NCBI RefSeq assembly: GCF_009834535.1
Contig: NC_045696.1
Location: forward strand, 110,734,001 to 110,798,000
Direction of reading: 5' to 3'
DNA from: Camelus ferus
Taxonomy: Eukaryota
Length of the DNA: 64,000 nucleotides
Numbering within the stretch: the stretch's first letter is position 1; each line of letters starts with the position of its first letter. The notes under the pieces are model-generated. The model made no database searches. It had not been told where the DNA came from and saw only the letters and a list, made by a program, of their open reading frames with translations. Shown here in pieces: positions 28,306 to 39,945 of this stretch. The position numbers and the translations under genes are program-made.

Positions 28306-28388
28306 CGCGGAGTACATGATGAGTCTTCTATGGTTTGATGGCTGAGTTGCGCTCTTCATATGATTGAGGATTTCACCAACCAGGACGC
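28306..28388 (-). CDS. ACP3: ACP3 exon 8
   Basis: tttaag|(G)VLVGEILNHMKSATQPSNHRRLIMYSA|gtgagt, 83 nt, phase matches exon 7. Confidence 0.96.
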
Positions 28389-28566
28389 CTTAAAGACAAC
28401 AGATCCACATGCAGCTGAATCAAATGGGGCTTATATTTTAGTTCATAAGCTTTCTGTTCACTAATACTAAGTGATTCTCTCTGTCATGATTCTCAAGACT
28501 TACGAAGGAAGGACAAGAACTAATTGTGCTTGAACACTGCGGTGTGCGAGGAGTGTCATTTACATA

Positions 28567-28699
28567 TTTTTTTTTTTGGTTGTTTTTGGGGGTGGGTGTA
28601 ATTAAATTTATTTATTTATTTTAGAGGAGGCATTGGGGATTGAACCCAGGACCTCGTGCGTGCTAAGCATCCTCTTTACCACGTGGGCTATACCCTCCC
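28567..28699 (-). mobile_element. tRNA-derived SINE (vic-1-like)
   Basis: Reverse complement of gggagggtatagc...gaggtcctgggttcaatcccca with A tail. Confidence 0.85.
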
Positions 28700-30204
28700 T
28701 TCTACATACATTCTTTTACTGAACCCTGACTTCTCTCTCCCATTCACAGGGGAGGAGACAGGCCTGGAGCCATCAGGTGACTCACACAGCTGGGGCAGGG
28801 GAGCTGGATTGGCACGTTAGGATGCTACTATACCAGGTTTTGTTAAAACTCAAGTTGTGAGGTTGATGAACTGGGAAGGAATTCCAGAAGGCTTTTCTCA
28901 GATAGCTGTTGGCCAGTGCTCTTCTCTAGGGCAGGCCTGGGATGACCTCATGGCATGGACCTCTCTGTCTTCATCCCGCCTGCAGTCACACCTGTAAGAA
29001 GCATGGGGAAAGCAGCTCTGGGTGTCTGCACAGGGCACGGACTGTTTTCTGTGGACCATTTCTCCAGGTTACGCTGGGTGTCACTACTGGGGGGCAGCCA
29101 GCATCTTTAGCTTTCACCCGAGGGCTCCATCTGCCATCAGTAGAAAAAAGCTTTTGCCCTTTGCATTTGTTGCTTCTGAGGTGGTAACAGGCAGACACAC
29201 GACTCAGAGTCTCCGTCCTGCTGGCAGACACTGAGGGCTGAGGGGTAGCTTGGGGTGTCAGGTGCTGTTCTGAGGACGTGCTGCCTCAGGGACTTCCGCA
29301 ACCATCCCCTGAAGGCTCCATTGTGTCTCTGCTGGTAGTCTCTCCATGGCACATGTGGTCTCCCGGCTCAAGATGGCCAGTTTTCCTTTGTAATGAGCAG
29401 GACATTGATGTTAACAGACTATAATAAAGGACTCTGTGGTCCACGCAGCAAACAGACACTGAACAGCTACAAAGGGTGAGTCAGACGTGATTCCTCTCGT
29501 TCAAAAGCTCATAAAACAGTAAGAAGAAACTGTCTGTTGGTCTGTATACCAATAAGCACAATAAAGGGTTAACCAAGGAAAGGGAGCTGATCTGTTTTCT
29601 GTGGATGCCAGGCCTTCCTTGATGAGGAACGGAAGGAGCTGGATGCTACAGCTCCAGCAGGTCTGCATCTCTCTACCTCAGGGAAGGTTGCCCTCTGGGA
29701 GCCCTTTAGAACTCCAGCTTGATATTCATGCCCCGTTGGAACTGAACTCTGAGTTTCTGGGAGTCACAGCAGCCATGTTTCATCAGCAACTTGTCCCTCG
29801 ACAGCAGGTGCCTTTGCAGCAGACTTCAGTGTCGATAATGGAATATGGTATCAGCTCTTGGTTCTGGGTGGTTGTCCACGTGGTCCCAGGACAAACTAGG
29901 AGTAACCATCACAACCATCCGCAGGCTCTGGCATGACAATGATCGTGTTTTATAGGAGGGGAAGTTGAGGCTCAGAGAGGTTCAGCAACTTGTCCAAGAT
30001 TACACAGCTTGTAAGCAGAGGGGCTGAGCTTCAATGAACCCAGCATGTCTGGCTTTAAAACCCCTGTTCTTAATTGTCAGGTCTCACTGCAGCAGAAGCT
30101 AGCTTCTAAGTTCCCTGGTGCGTCATTTATTAAATCTACATACACTAGACAAAATACCATTACGTGAAGGCATAAACTTCACTTCCCTCACTCCTGGGCT
30201 GCAG

Positions 30205-30419
30205 CAGGGGTGGCAAACTTGTTCTGTAAAGGGCCAGATGGTACATGCCTCAGGCTCCGTGGGCCACTGTTCCATCAAAACCGTTCATTCTCAAGTGGAA
30301 GCACAAAAGCAGCCAAAGATACTACCTCAGTGCATTGGCTGAACTTCAACAGCATTTTATTTACAAAAAATAGGCAGTGGGCTGAATCTGGCCTGCGGGC
30401 TGTCGCCTGCCAACCTCTG
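30205..30419. mobile_element. hAT-Charlie MITE (MER58A-like)
   Basis: Terminal inverted repeats caggggtggcaaac / gcctgccaacctctg; TSD ggctgcag/gtctacag. Confidence 0.8.
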
Positions 30420-33019
30420 GTCTACAGCATGAAGAGGTTTCCCTTGATGCAGGCATGACCAGCCGCATGCTCCTACATTAGCCTCAGCAAGTAGCCTAAG
30501 GATTTTCTAGGGGAGTGTGTGTGTTGCCAGGGGGTGGGGGGTGGAGTGGGAAGAGGATATTACTGAACAGTGTCACCCCTGAAACCTACTGATGGAGCAT
30601 AAGTTTTGGCAAAGATCAGAGGACACCAGTCAAAGCCCTGATGTTCCCGTGTGATTCTGTCACCCAGACAACACGTTTCCTCTGCAGGACTGTGTTCAGC
30701 TGCGTCATCATTCAACAAGCACGCAGCTGACAAATCCCTCTTGCCTAGCCAGATCTCAACAATGGGCTGAGCTTGCCTCTTGGCACGAATCACCAAGGGA
30801 AAATTTCCTGGTTCATCAATAGCACTGGGGTTCCCCCAGAAAAATAGGATAGGTGTGTCCACACGAGTGCCAGCCCTTAGAGTCCAAGAGCCAGAGAACA
30901 CCTTAGGGAAGGACTCTGATAGAATCTAGTTCAGTGCACTCACCAGGTGGGGAAACTGAGACTCCGAGAGGGGAAATGACTTCCCCAAAATGCAATCTCT
31001 AGTAGCCAAAGGGAAAAAGAGAAAATATGTGCACGCTGCTGGGGAAAAGTCCATCTTCATTCAGATACAGATCCCCGCATCTGTTATTAGACTCTTGTCA
31101 ACTCCTGCCCGGCTTTCCCTGCCCCTTTTCTTTACCATCTCCTGCATTTAGAAAAGTGCTTCTGAAGCTCTAACGTACATACATACATACGAGGCTCCTT
31201 GGGACTTCATTAGGATGCAGATTCAGATTCAGTTGGTCTGGGGTGGGGCCTAGGGCTCTGCATGTCTAACCACAACCTCAAGGATGCTAATGTTGCTGTT
31301 CCGTAGACCACATTTTGAATAGAGAGGGGATCCATTTTTGAGCTCATCGCGACTCGGTTGGGGAAAATGAAGAGTCCTGTTTCCACCATCTGATGTGTTT
31401 GGAATTGAGTCATCCTGCTGGCCCCTGCTGTTCAGGAATGAGATCCGGTGATTGTGCAGCCAACGAGGCCCAGCTTCCACCCTCTGCATCCTTGGTTGCT
31501 TGGTACGTAGGGTTGAACTGCATCCTGGGCTCCGTCCCCAGACACAGTCTGTGCCTTGCCTGGTCATTTTTCCTAACACACCAGGTTCCATCTAAGACTC
31601 ATCTTTGGATGCTCTCCCATCCGCAAAGGCTGTGTCTAGTTGCTCGTGCCCTCGGCATGGAGTAAGGACTCTCACACTGTTGTCACCTCTGCACCATGCA
31701 ACTGGGACTCTGCACCAGCAGGTCTGCAACTCCATCACATCGTTCATAACCACTGCCCTAAGTTATCTGCCCCAAGCTACTTTGTTCATCTCCTATGAAA
31801 TTGCTCTGACCATCCTGACTTCCTACCTCGATAGCGGCTCTTCTGGTGACAGTTTCCTTCCCTCTTTATACGAGCTTTTGTAGCTATAATTGACTCCTCT
31901 CTTGATTGGTGACTTGGATTCTTTCTCTAGCTATGCAGCCCTGAGTCAACATCCTCCCAGTCTGGTCCAACCTCCAGGATGCTTTGTGTCTATGTGTTCT
32001 CCTGGGGTTCTGCTAAACTTGTGCTGACCTCATGGTGAACAGGGTCTGGCACTGGTTGGAGTCCTGATGGAATTGTACTGTTTTCCTCAAACAGTCTGCA
32101 GTTTATGATTTGGAACATCTCCTGTGACCTCAAATTTCTTCATTTTTATATCAACCGGGCATAATGGACCTCCTCTTGCTCTCCATCTTTAGCTTTAATG
32201 CTAACATCAACCACACCTGAACCTGCCACCCAGTTGCCCTCAGAGACCTCAGTGTCTTTCCTCATCCTGCCTGGTCCTGACTGCGTATTCCACCCACCTA
32301 ACCTGATTATGAGAGCTGGGCATCCTCTTGCCTGGCTCTGCCTTCACTAGGAGCAGATGTCCTAGGTACAAAGGGCCAAATCCAGCTGAGAAGAGGCATC
32401 ACTGAGAAGTAAACGCCTTTCAGCACCAATGGAAAACATTTAAGCTGTGTCATAGCCTTGTCAGTTGCAATATGTATTAAACTACAGGGCACAATTAGCC
32501 TGCAAAATACACTGTATTGACTTTAACAGTGGCTGCCACCAAGGGTTTCTTTTCAGGCTTCTTTATCCACACCTCCCACTTGAAAAGTTCATCCTGTAGG
32601 CCCCCAGACACAACTGATTTCCATGGGGATCAGATACAAAATCCTTGATTCTTTGATCTCGAAGGGATGAAAAGTTATCATTTAGCTTTAGCTCAAAGTT
32701 TCTGTTTTCCAGATGGGAAAACTAAGGCCTCGAGTGGGTAATATTAATGATTGTAATAACACATAATGTCTGACTGTACATAATGTACCAGGTACTATTT
32801 GTGCTAAGCCTTTTGAATTCATACATTCATGTTAATTCTCACTACCTAAGAATAAGCACCTTTCTTATTCCCATTTGCAGATTGGAAACTGGTGCAGGAG
32901 TGATTAATTCTGTGTCTAATTCAAGGCCATGTAGCTGATTCATGGTGGGACCAGGACTCAGACCCAGATCACTTGACTACGAATCCGATACACTCCTCTC
33001 GTTTATTTTTCACACTTAC

Positions 33020-33152
33020 CCCCTTGCAGTCTAGATTTCTCTTTCTGCTTGTGAATTCCATAGAGGGACAGGAGGGACAATTCTGATATTTCTTTCAACT
33101 TAGTTATGGTGTCCTTTGTGGCCCAGGAGGGTAAAGTGAAATTGTGAACACC
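33020..33152 (-). CDS. ACP3: ACP3 exon 7
   Basis: ctacag|GVHNFTLPSWATKDTITKLKEISELSLLSLYGIHKQKEKSRLQG(G)|gtaagt, 133 nt. Confidence 0.97.
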
Positions 33153-34759
33153 CTGTAGCAAAGAAAACAGAAAAAAATAAATGTGCATTTTTATTTCTGA
33201 CTGTCCTCTTTGTTAACTTTTTATCTTCTTTCCCCTACAAGAACTACTGGGTTCAGCCTTTCCTGTCCTGTCATTTCTTTCTAGGAAAACTTTACTTTCT
33301 GATAAGTAGTGGTATTGATTTTCAGAAGAAAAACTCACAGGAATGAATTTGCCCCTTCCCACCAAGTCCAGAGCTTTTGGCTTCACTGTGGATCAAAGGG
33401 GTGATCCCTATTTGGCAGCGTAAGGCTGCAGGAGGGTAAGAAAGTACCTCACTCCTTTATGGAAGGTTTAGACATCTTTCTATGCACTTGTGGGAAAGGT
33501 AAAAGGGGACAGGCTTGGCTGATGCTTTTTTGTTTTACAAGCTATGCCAGTGGCCTGAGAAGACAGCTGGGAAAAGTCATATATTACTGGGGCCTTCAGT
33601 CATGTCCCTGCTCCTTACTCTCCCCCACCCCAGATTCTAGCTCACTGACTCTTGGGGAAAGTCTGCACCTTGCACACAGTAGGCACTTGGTGAATACTTG
33701 TTAAATAGATGAGTAGGCGAAGATGTTGTGCCAGTATTTATTACCTGCTATGAAGAGTTGATTACGATTCCCCCAGTTTCAAAGGCAGCAGGACAGAGAG
33801 AGCGAGCGAGCAAGAAAGAGGAGACCAAAGTGAAGTAGCCTACAGAGGAAGTAAGTGAGAGAGAGGTGAAAAAGAAACCACACACCTTGGCCCCATTATG
33901 CACCAGCTCAGACCAAACTGAAGTAAGGAAGAAAGAAAAAATTCAGACTTGTACCAAAATGTGGGCTTTTGTCTCCACCGAAGCCTCCTGTATAAGACTC
34001 ACAAAACTTCCTTGAAAGAGATGCTGATGATAAAGTGAACGTCGAGTGTGCTTGGGTCAATGAACTCTACCATGGAGGGGGCCAACTGTGTCGCCTGCTA
34101 CGGAGATGGAACTGTGAAAGTAATTGCCCTCCCCAAGACAGTCAAGACAACCTCAGAATCAGAAGTGGCTATGAGTCGTGAGTGGTCAGAATTTTGCCTC
34201 AAGATTCGGGGAACTGGTTGGGAAAACAGGATTACAGAATATTGCTTTTGGCCAGCAGGTGGAGGTGATGCGTGGAAAAAAAAAATGCCATGTAGCTTTG
34301 GAAAAATAGTAATTTCTCTAGCTACAATGTTTATCGTACAGCAAGGGAGAGAGTCTTGCTGATAAACTGATTTTAATAGCCTGACTTAAAGTTGGCTTGC
34401 TTATTTCTTTATCTAGAAATCAGGCTTTTTTTTTTCTTTCTGTACAAGAACATTGCTTTTTCCATTAAAATCCGTGACAGGAGCCCAACATTCCCAAATG
34501 ACTGAAAAATAAGTGAGTAGCAAGGCATAGAAAAAGCAATTTTTATTGCAACTTTCTAAAGGGTGAATATATAAATAACAGAGAGAAGGAGTCAGAATTT
34601 TCAAGTTAATATAAAGAAGTCTTGACACATGTTACAATGTCAAAAGAAATCTAAGAAATACATCCTCCAAAAAGCAAAGAAAATGTATTCACTTGCTTCA
34701 AAACAGGCACAAGTCATAAAGTCAGACTGTAAGTTAATCTTGGATATTTTTTCTCTTAC

Positions 34760-34852
34760 CTCACAAAATAAAGGGTCATAGACTTTACTCCATATTTCAA
34801 AAAGATCCTGGCCCTGGTATCCTGTAAGATTTGGCAAGGTTTCTATAAAAGC
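34760..34852 (-). CDS. ACP3: ACP3 exon 6
   Basis: tttcag|AFIETLPNLTGYQGQDLFEIWSKVYDPLFCE|gtaaga, 93 nt. Confidence 0.97.
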
Positions 34853-34885
34853 CTGAAACACACACAGAGAAAACAAGTTCTAAGT

Positions 34886-35092
34886 CAGAACTTCTCAGCA
34901 TCAGCATTACTGATAATTTGGGCTGGATGAGTCCTTGTTGTGGGGCTGCCTTGTGCACTGCAGGGTGTTCAGCAGCATCCCTGGTCTCCACCCACTCGAT
35001 GCCCACAGCATCCCCATCCCTCGGTGTGACAGCCCAGAATGTCTCCAGACATTGACGCGTGTTCCCTGTGGGGCAAACCTGTCCTGTTGAGG
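34886..35092. mobile_element. MER20-like hAT element next to the exon 6 acceptor
   Basis: Similar to the copy at 46585-46765; cctggtctccacccactcgatgcc...aatgtctccagacattg. Confidence 0.8.
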
Positions 35093-35105
35093 CTGCTATT
35101 CTTGA

Positions 35106-35197
35106 GAGGAAGGGTAATAGCTCAGTGGTAGAGCACATGCTTAGCATACATGAGGTCCTGGGTTCAATCCCTGGTACCTCTATGAAAAAACAAAAAA
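35106..35197 (+). mobile_element. tRNA-derived SINE (vic-1-like)
   Basis: A box tagctcagtgg, B box ggttcaatcc, A tail. Confidence 0.9.
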
Positions 35198-36437
35198 CAG
35201 GTGCTGTTCTTCACATTAAAGTGCATCAGTAATATTGGCTATGATAATGGCAACCCAAAGGATTTTACAAAAGCTAATTGATCGTTTCTCATTATTACAT
35301 TAAAAATGTGGGTACCTGCTGGCTTCCTGCCACATGTTTCTGGTCAGTCCTGGAATCAGACTGACGTGTGCTGCCTCAAATTCTTTTTGGAAGGAGATGA
35401 AGTATAATTCATATGTAAATGAGAAGCAAGTGAGAAATGAAACCGTGTCTCAGGCCGAAGCACTCCAGGAAAATATAGCCAAAACAGGGCCTGGTATCTG
35501 GGTGTAAATGTGAAATTTAGATGGGATACAAACATTTCTCTAGGTTATTCCTGGATTGTCACGATAATGAAACCTATTGGTTAGTTATCTGCCTGATGAA
35601 TTGGCAGCAATTTCTTTGGAAGATACTGTTTGTCCGATGAATAATTGTTTTAGGAAAATACAATTGCCAATATTAACTCAAATGAATTTCCATAAAATGA
35701 ACAGAAATAATTATTAAAGAGCTCCCCCACCAAAGAAAACAGAACAAAACAAAAGCCCCAGGGCTAGATAATTTTGTGGAGAAATTCTACCAAACTTTTC
35801 GAGAGTAAGTTATCCTAGCACTATTTCAACTGTTCCGGGGCGTAAAAAAAGAAAGAAGAGACTTCCAAAAATTTTTTTATAAACACTGACACTGACCAAA
35901 GACTGGTCAGAAAAGAAAATTATAGTCCAAAAAAGAGATTTTCCATGGTATTTTCAAAAATTTTTTTGGTTTTTGAACCATGGGATTGTGTTACAGATTC
36001 AAAATATTATTTTTAAAAGTACAAAGTGTTATATCTACCTTTTGTATAGTTGTGAAAAGGGGTATTTCACAAACTGGAGACATAAAATAAAAAAGACTAA
36101 CCTTTGAATATGAAGACAGTATTCGCAGTCCCTCAGCCTCATTAAGGCAGACCATTTTAGACTTGAATTTACTCTGATCCAGCCACATACCTTCACCTGG
36201 TTCTAGGGACGTGGGTATAGGATTCGAAAGGGACTGGCTTCTATACTGGCTTGTGGCTCCCAAACAGAGAAGGGGACCAGGCAGTGACGAATGACCCCTG
36301 TGAAACATTCAAACCCACTGCTTTGTCAGCCACCGGCAGACCCACTCCTCCACACTTCTAAGAAGCTAGAGGTTCCCGCTTTGTCTTGGCCCTTGCACTT
36401 CCGAACACCACTAAATGATACTTTTTTTTTTTTTAAC

Positions 36438-36536
36438 CTTATAAGGATGCAGCCTCTTCAGGAATTCCTCCGATTTCAAAGTCTCACTCTCAAGTTCTTG
36501 AAAACGAGGGCAGTTCTTGAAAGGCATGTATAGCAA
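36438..36536 (-). CDS. ACP3: ACP3 exon 5
   Basis: cctcag|LLYMPFKNCPRFQELESETLKSEEFLKRLHPYK|gttaaa, 99 nt. Confidence 0.96.
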
Positions 36537-36887
36537 CTGAGGGCAAAAGAAAAGTCATAAATCTTTTATTAATTAGATGTTTGCTAAAGATGCTGCAGCC
36601 ATATTTTAAGTCTCATTTGGTGAAAAGTCACCTGAATGAAAGATTCAAATGTGTTTTGAGCTGAATGAAAATTCTAAAACTGAGGGAAAAGAGATACATG
36701 ATCTGCAGGTCTTAAATAGTGGGATATGTACCCAGAACTCAAAAGGTTTCTTTTTCCCCATGAACTCATTTAAATAGGACTGTGCTGTTGGTAAATATTC
36801 ACACTTCCAGGTTTTTCCGTGTGAAATGATAATTGTTACCTTGCTTCCTTCCGGACCTCTTTCATTTCTAGCACTAGATGTGCATCT

Positions 36888-36960
36888 GTGCACGCGCGCA
36901 CACACACACACACACATACACACGTGCACACACACACATGCACACACATACACACACACG
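36888..36960 (+). repeat. Compound (CG)/(CA)n microsatellite
   Basis: Read directly. Confidence 0.9.
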
Positions 36961-37017
36961 AGTATAGAGAATTGAATTTGTGATTCTGGAAAGAATCTTA
37001 AGAGACTGATTAACCAT

Positions 37018-37510
37018 TGTGAGGGAAAAATACTGCAAGCCATATCAGTAAACAAAGAATGCTGAAGCCATCGAGTCATCAGAGGCTGCCACCACCCCCC
37101 AGTGAAGACAAGCCTGCAGCCCGGCCCCTGCAGCCCGGCCTCTGCAGCCACTCACAGTGGTGCCCTCTGAGGGCACTCAGAATAAGAAAGGACAGGATAC
37201 TGGCCCTACATAGCTACGTGCTTGTCAAAGGAATGAATTCAGTGAGCCCAAATGTTTGCTTCCTCCCATACATGGAAAAGCACTAAATTCTTTCACTTGA
37301 GATGCCTGGTTTTCTTTAGATAACAAGCAATCTTTTATTGTTCCAACTACCTGGTCTTTGTTGTAGAGCTCCTATATAGCCTAGCTCCTCCCCTATCTCT
37401 TTGGAGCAGTCCCTCAGAGCCATCTGAGAGGCTGTCATCCCGGCTCGAGTCCTCCCGCCAAATAAAACATAACTCTCAACTTTTAGGCTGCGCATTTATT
37501 TCAGTCGACA
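37018..37510 (+). mobile_element. Solo ERV LTR (ERV1-like), antisense to ACP3 in intron 4
   Basis: TG...CA ends, 4-bp TSD CCAT (37014-37017, 37511-37514), TATATA at 37373, AATAAA at 37461. Confidence 0.8.
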
Positions 37511-37904
37511 CCATTCACTGAATAAGTTCTTGCAAATTTGCAGACTGTGTGAAATAAGGGCACATACTAAATGTACAGAAAATATATTTAAAAACCTATT
37601 CTAAGGACAAAGTGGATCATCCTAAAATGAGTTAATGAGACAATCTTTTGTAGTTTTTCCTGTAAGCTGGTGACTCCTAAGTTAATTTTGTTGCCCTTCC
37701 TTTTCACCTGAGCTAGTATTTCCAGCCCTTGGTAGACACCACTAGTTAAATGTTTCTCTTCCTCAAATTTGACATGTGCAAACCTGAACTCAGCTTCTTC
37801 ATTTTTAACCGTTTCCTCTTTGTAATCTCTCTACTTTTGTCAGTGATGAAATTTATCACCCTGCTTCATAGACTGATCACTTTTGCTTGCCTACTTTCAA
37901 AATA

Positions 37905-38116
37905 CAGCAGACCCTGAACAACATGGGGCTTACGGCCACCAGCCAACCCCCATGCAGTTGAAAATCTGTTATAACTTTACAGTCCGTGTCCACTGTTCTG
38001 CATCCAGGGGAAGTCGATCAAATGGGGATTGTGTATTCCTATAGTACATATTTATGGAAAAAAATTTGCATGGAAGGGGACCTCAGCTCAAACCTCTGTT
38101 GTTCAAGAGTCAACTG
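37905..38116. mobile_element. Tigger2-derived MITE
   Basis: Terminal inverted repeats cagcagaccctgaacaaca / tgttgttcaagagtcaactg, flanked by TA on both sides. Confidence 0.8.
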
Positions 38117-38752
38117 TATTTCCAAAATAGACCCTTTTTCTTTACTTTCATTGTCTCCTCCCAGTCCAGACCACCGTAATCTGTGTTTCAAAGAGCTTCC
38201 CTTTGGTCAGTTTGCATCACAATTCATCCTCAGCATAGAACTGACACTAATCCTTTTAATTTCATTTTTTGGTAAAAGCTCCTCTTTTTCAAGCATCAAC
38301 CGGATTATGCCTTTCTGTGATGATAACCCTCACTGGCTTTCCATTTTACTTAGAAGAAAACCTAAATTCAATTAGTCCCTAATGACCTTTCTGTCCTGCC
38401 CTCCTACTGAGGACCCCTCACCCACTCCTCTCCAGCGACACGGTGGGCCTTGCTGCCCTCTGAACATATAGGCTGGGGGTCTCCACAGACTGCTCCTTGC
38501 CTGAGACACTCTGGCCCCGGCCCCCACCCCAGCTCTTTGAACCATCCTGCCCCGGCCACTATCACATCACCTTGTTCTGTTGCCTTCAGCGGACTCACTG
38601 CCGTTTGAAAATACTGTGTTTATTCACCCTTTATCATCTATCTCTTATAAAACCAAGGTCAGCCAGGATCTTGTCTATCTTGTTCTCTACTGTGTTGTCA
38701 AAGCCTAGAACAGGGCCTGGCATATTAGTGGCTACTCAGAAAACAATTTTTT

Positions 38753-38850
38753 TGGGGGTGGTGGGTATAGCTCAGTGGTAGAGTGCATGCTTAGTATGTA
38801 CACAAGGTCTTGGATTCAATCCCCAGTACCTCCATCAAAAAAGGGAAAAA
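38753..38850 (+). mobile_element. tRNA-derived SINE (vic-1-like)
   Basis: gggtatagctcagtggtagagtgcatgcttag...ttcaatccccagtacctcc plus A tail. Confidence 0.9.
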
Positions 38851-39908
38851 AAGAAAACTTTTTTTTAACCTTGCTTTCCTTCCTCTGCTGTCTTTGCCAT
38901 CTAAATTTAGGGCTTCCTTTCCTCATTCCTGAATGGCTTCAGCAGTTATTTTCAGAGGCTCTGTCTTTCCCCTCCAAGCTATTGTCAGACAAATGCCCGA
39001 AAGCACCACCATCAGAACTGAAGAAGGCACACAGGTTTCTTTTATGTCCCCTGTTTTACATGTAAATTTCCCTGACCGGCTTTCAAATCGCTCCATAGGA
39101 GAAATGGCACTGGTGATGGAAATGGCACAGGACTATTCGTTTAAAGGTCTAGGTTTTAATGAATTACTTAACTTTTCTAGACTTTAGTTTTCTCATCCCA
39201 CATACTGAAAGAGTCAGGCTGAAAATAAGTAGAATAAATCGCCTAACCATCTGTTCAGCATTTTGCAGTTTACAGTCTTCTTTTTCTTAGCTAACTCGGT
39301 TGTCACAAATCCCTGTGAGGAAGTTAAGTGGAGACTCTTGTTCCCAGTTTACAGAAAAGGAAACCGAGGCACAGAGAAGTTACTCAAGATCAAGCATCTG
39401 GAATGGTAACTGGCTCTCAGACCTAGGTTTTTCCAACTTCAAATTTAACCCTCCTTCTACGTCACACTGTCAGGCTGTTTCCAAAAGCACTTGGGAAAAA
39501 TTCTGAAGTCACCAGATACAGCAATTAAGTCAAATTTCTTGGAGGACTGCCAAGGCGAAGGGGATAGTAACCTAGCCCAGAGGACTGAAGATTCCTTCTG
39601 GCTATTACATGTGGATTCCCTAATCGCTGCCCAACACAGTTACTCAGTCTTACTGCCATTCTTTCTAAATATGAGCTCTGGACACAGAAGGGTAAGCAGT
39701 CTACGTCCACCCAAAGCCACGCTTTTGGGCTGCCTTCCTCTCCCTTCCCACCCCGCCTCCAAGGTCTGGTTCAAGTTATCACTTTGTCCCCGAAGGCCTG
39801 AATGAATGATTGTCCTTTGGTAGTCGCTCCAGGTTGCGACTCATTCTCTGAATTCCTCCAGCCTGTTCTTGAAATCACTGCCCACCATCTTGTATTGCAT
39901 TCTACACA

Positions 39909-39911
<3 letters not shown>

Positions 39912-39943
<32 letters not shown>
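39912..39943 (+). repeat. (CA)n microsatellite
   Basis: Read directly. Confidence 0.95.

Positions 39944-39945
<2 letters not shown>

Noticed and set aside
35106..35197. tRNA-like sequences with A and B boxes (also near 38753)
   Set aside because: A tails, TSDs and multiple diverged copies show they are SINEs, not tRNA genes
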